From Alphaproteobacteria bacterium (GTDB taxonomy: Bacteria > Pseudomonadota > Alphaproteobacteria > VGEJ01), in NCBI GenBank assembly GCA_965248765.1, contig CBDFKF010000001.1, forward strand, positions 134,772 to 198,771: 64,000 bases of DNA, read 5' to 3'. A program made the position numbers and the translations under genes. This document shows, one piece after another, positions 62,893 through 64,000 of this stretch. The notes below the pieces were generated by a model. It searched no databases. It was given only the letters and a program-made list of their open reading frames with translations, and was not told the origin of the DNA. Every line of letters begins with the position of its first letter. Position 1 is the first letter of the stretch.

Positions 62893-63537
62893 TTAGCTCA
62901 GGATTGATTTTTCGGTGAGGTCGCCGCCCCGCCAAAGATAGAGCGCCAACAGCGGCTCGACCGCCGTACGCATCGCATGTGACATCGAGGGCGCGTGGTG
63001 CACCGGCGCGCCTGGCCCCCGTTCCTGCCAGGGCTCCACGCCGCGTCGCCAGAACGCGGTGCCGGACAGGACGAGATAGACCTCTTCGGCAGCGTGGTGG
63101 TGATCGGGATAGGTGGTCTCGGGGCCGAGGAGGAGGAAGCCGCAGGCGAGACGGTCGCCGGGGATGGGGCCGCGCATGCCGATCAGCTCCGACCATCCGT
63201 AGCGGTCGAGAAAGGACCGATCCACTTCGTCTTCGGTATAGCTCTGCGCCCAGGCCAGCCGCTCCATGCACGCGGCGAAGGCCCGGACCAGCGGCGCGGT
63301 CGCAGGCGCAGGCGCAGGCACAGGCACAGGCACGGTCACCGCCTCGCCCGCCCAGTCGAGCACGGGCAAGCGTTTGGACGAGTGCGTGCGGCGTATCGCC
63401 GGCTCATTCGGCCAGTCGTGTAGGAAAGGCCGCAGTGCCGCGCTGCGCTGGCGTCGCAAAAGCATGTGAACACCTGCCGCGAGCGAGGTGATTTCGGCCC
63501 CGCTCAAGGATGTATCGGCGAGGTCAGCAGCACTCAC
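62893..63537 (-). CDS. Cupin of the DMSP lyase (DddQ-like) family
   Basis: WAQSY, ELIG..GP, YPDHHHAAEEVYLVLSG, HAMRT..EPLLALYLW. Confidence 0.78.
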   Translation of the reverse strand: MSAADLADTSLSGAEITSLAAGVHMLLRRQRSAALRPFLHDWPNEPAIRRTHSSKRLPVLDWAGEAVTVPVPVPAPAPATAPLVRAFAACMERLAWAQSYTEDEVDRSFLDRYGWSELIGMRGPIPGDRLACGFLLLGPETTYPDHHHAAEEVYLVLSGTAFWRRGVEPWQERGPGAPVHHAPSMSHAMRTAVEPLLALYLWRGGDLTEKSILS

Positions 63538-64000
63538 TTGGCGCTGAGGAAGGGGTAGATGCGGGTGAAATCGGCGTCCGGCTCGGCGGCGAGAAAGCGC
63601 CCCCAGATCTCGGCGATACAGCCACCGACCTCCGCGCTCGTCCCGGCGTTGCGCACCCCTTCGAGATAAAGCCCGAGGTCCTTGCTCATGAGCGTGGCGG
63701 CAAAGCCTGCATCGTAGCGGCCCGGCAGGATGCGATTCGGGAACTTGTCGGCGGTCGCCGTGTTGCGCCCGGTCGAGGCATTGAGCACCTCGAGCATCAG
63801 CGCGGGCTCCAGACCCTGGCTGATCCCGAAGGCGATGGCCTCGCTTGTCGCCGCCATCGCCGTGCCGGAGAGGAAGTTGTTGAGGAGCTTCATCGCCTGG
63901 CCCTGGCCGGCTTCACGGCCGACGTGAAACGGGCGCCCGATCGCCCCCAGCAGCGGCGCCAGCCTGTCGAACAGGTCGGGCTCGGCCGCGACCATGACGG
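63534..64000 (-). CDS. NAD(P)-dependent oxidoreductase, beta-hydroxyacid dehydrogenase family (partial)
   Basis: GQAMKLLNN, GF...LMSKDL; runs off window. Confidence 0.85.
   Translation of the reverse strand, partial: VMVAAEPDLFDRLAPLLGAIGRPFHVGREAGQGQAMKLLNNFLSGTAMAATSEAIAFGISQGLEPALMLEVLNASTGRNTATADKFPNRILPGRYDAGFAATLMSKDLGLYLEGVRNAGTSAEVGGCIAEIWGRFLAAEPDADFTRIYPFLSAK

Overview
High-GC alphaproteobacterial (Rhodospirillales-like; inferred from gene content) chromosome. It opens on the right end of a prophage: a lysis cassette followed by a 49-bp 3' fragment of tRNA-Cys that looks like the attachment site. Core genes follow (sigma54-driven glnB-glnA, parE, DEAD-box helicase). The middle (about 15-54 kb) is a mosaic accessory region with many decayed genes. 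It holds a 1,019-bp tandem duplication carrying two centrally diverged DUF2927-like genes, a CHAT protease-STAND NTPase-TPR gene translationally coupled to an uncharacterised 304-aa partner (candidate protease-activated conflict/defence system, now frameshifted), three serial copies of one SDR gene's 3' end bracketing cargo blocks, an IS1380 with target-site duplication inside a TPR gene, an ATPase-less sugar-type ABC operon, adenylate cyclase-TPR genes and a 5'-truncated RTX/cadherin-like adhesin. The right end has a fused double ABC exporter, a valine/isobutyrate catabolic operon, a CDF transporter with an ArsR-type operator and a DddQ-like cupin. All family assignments come from motif recognition by eye; no database searches were run.
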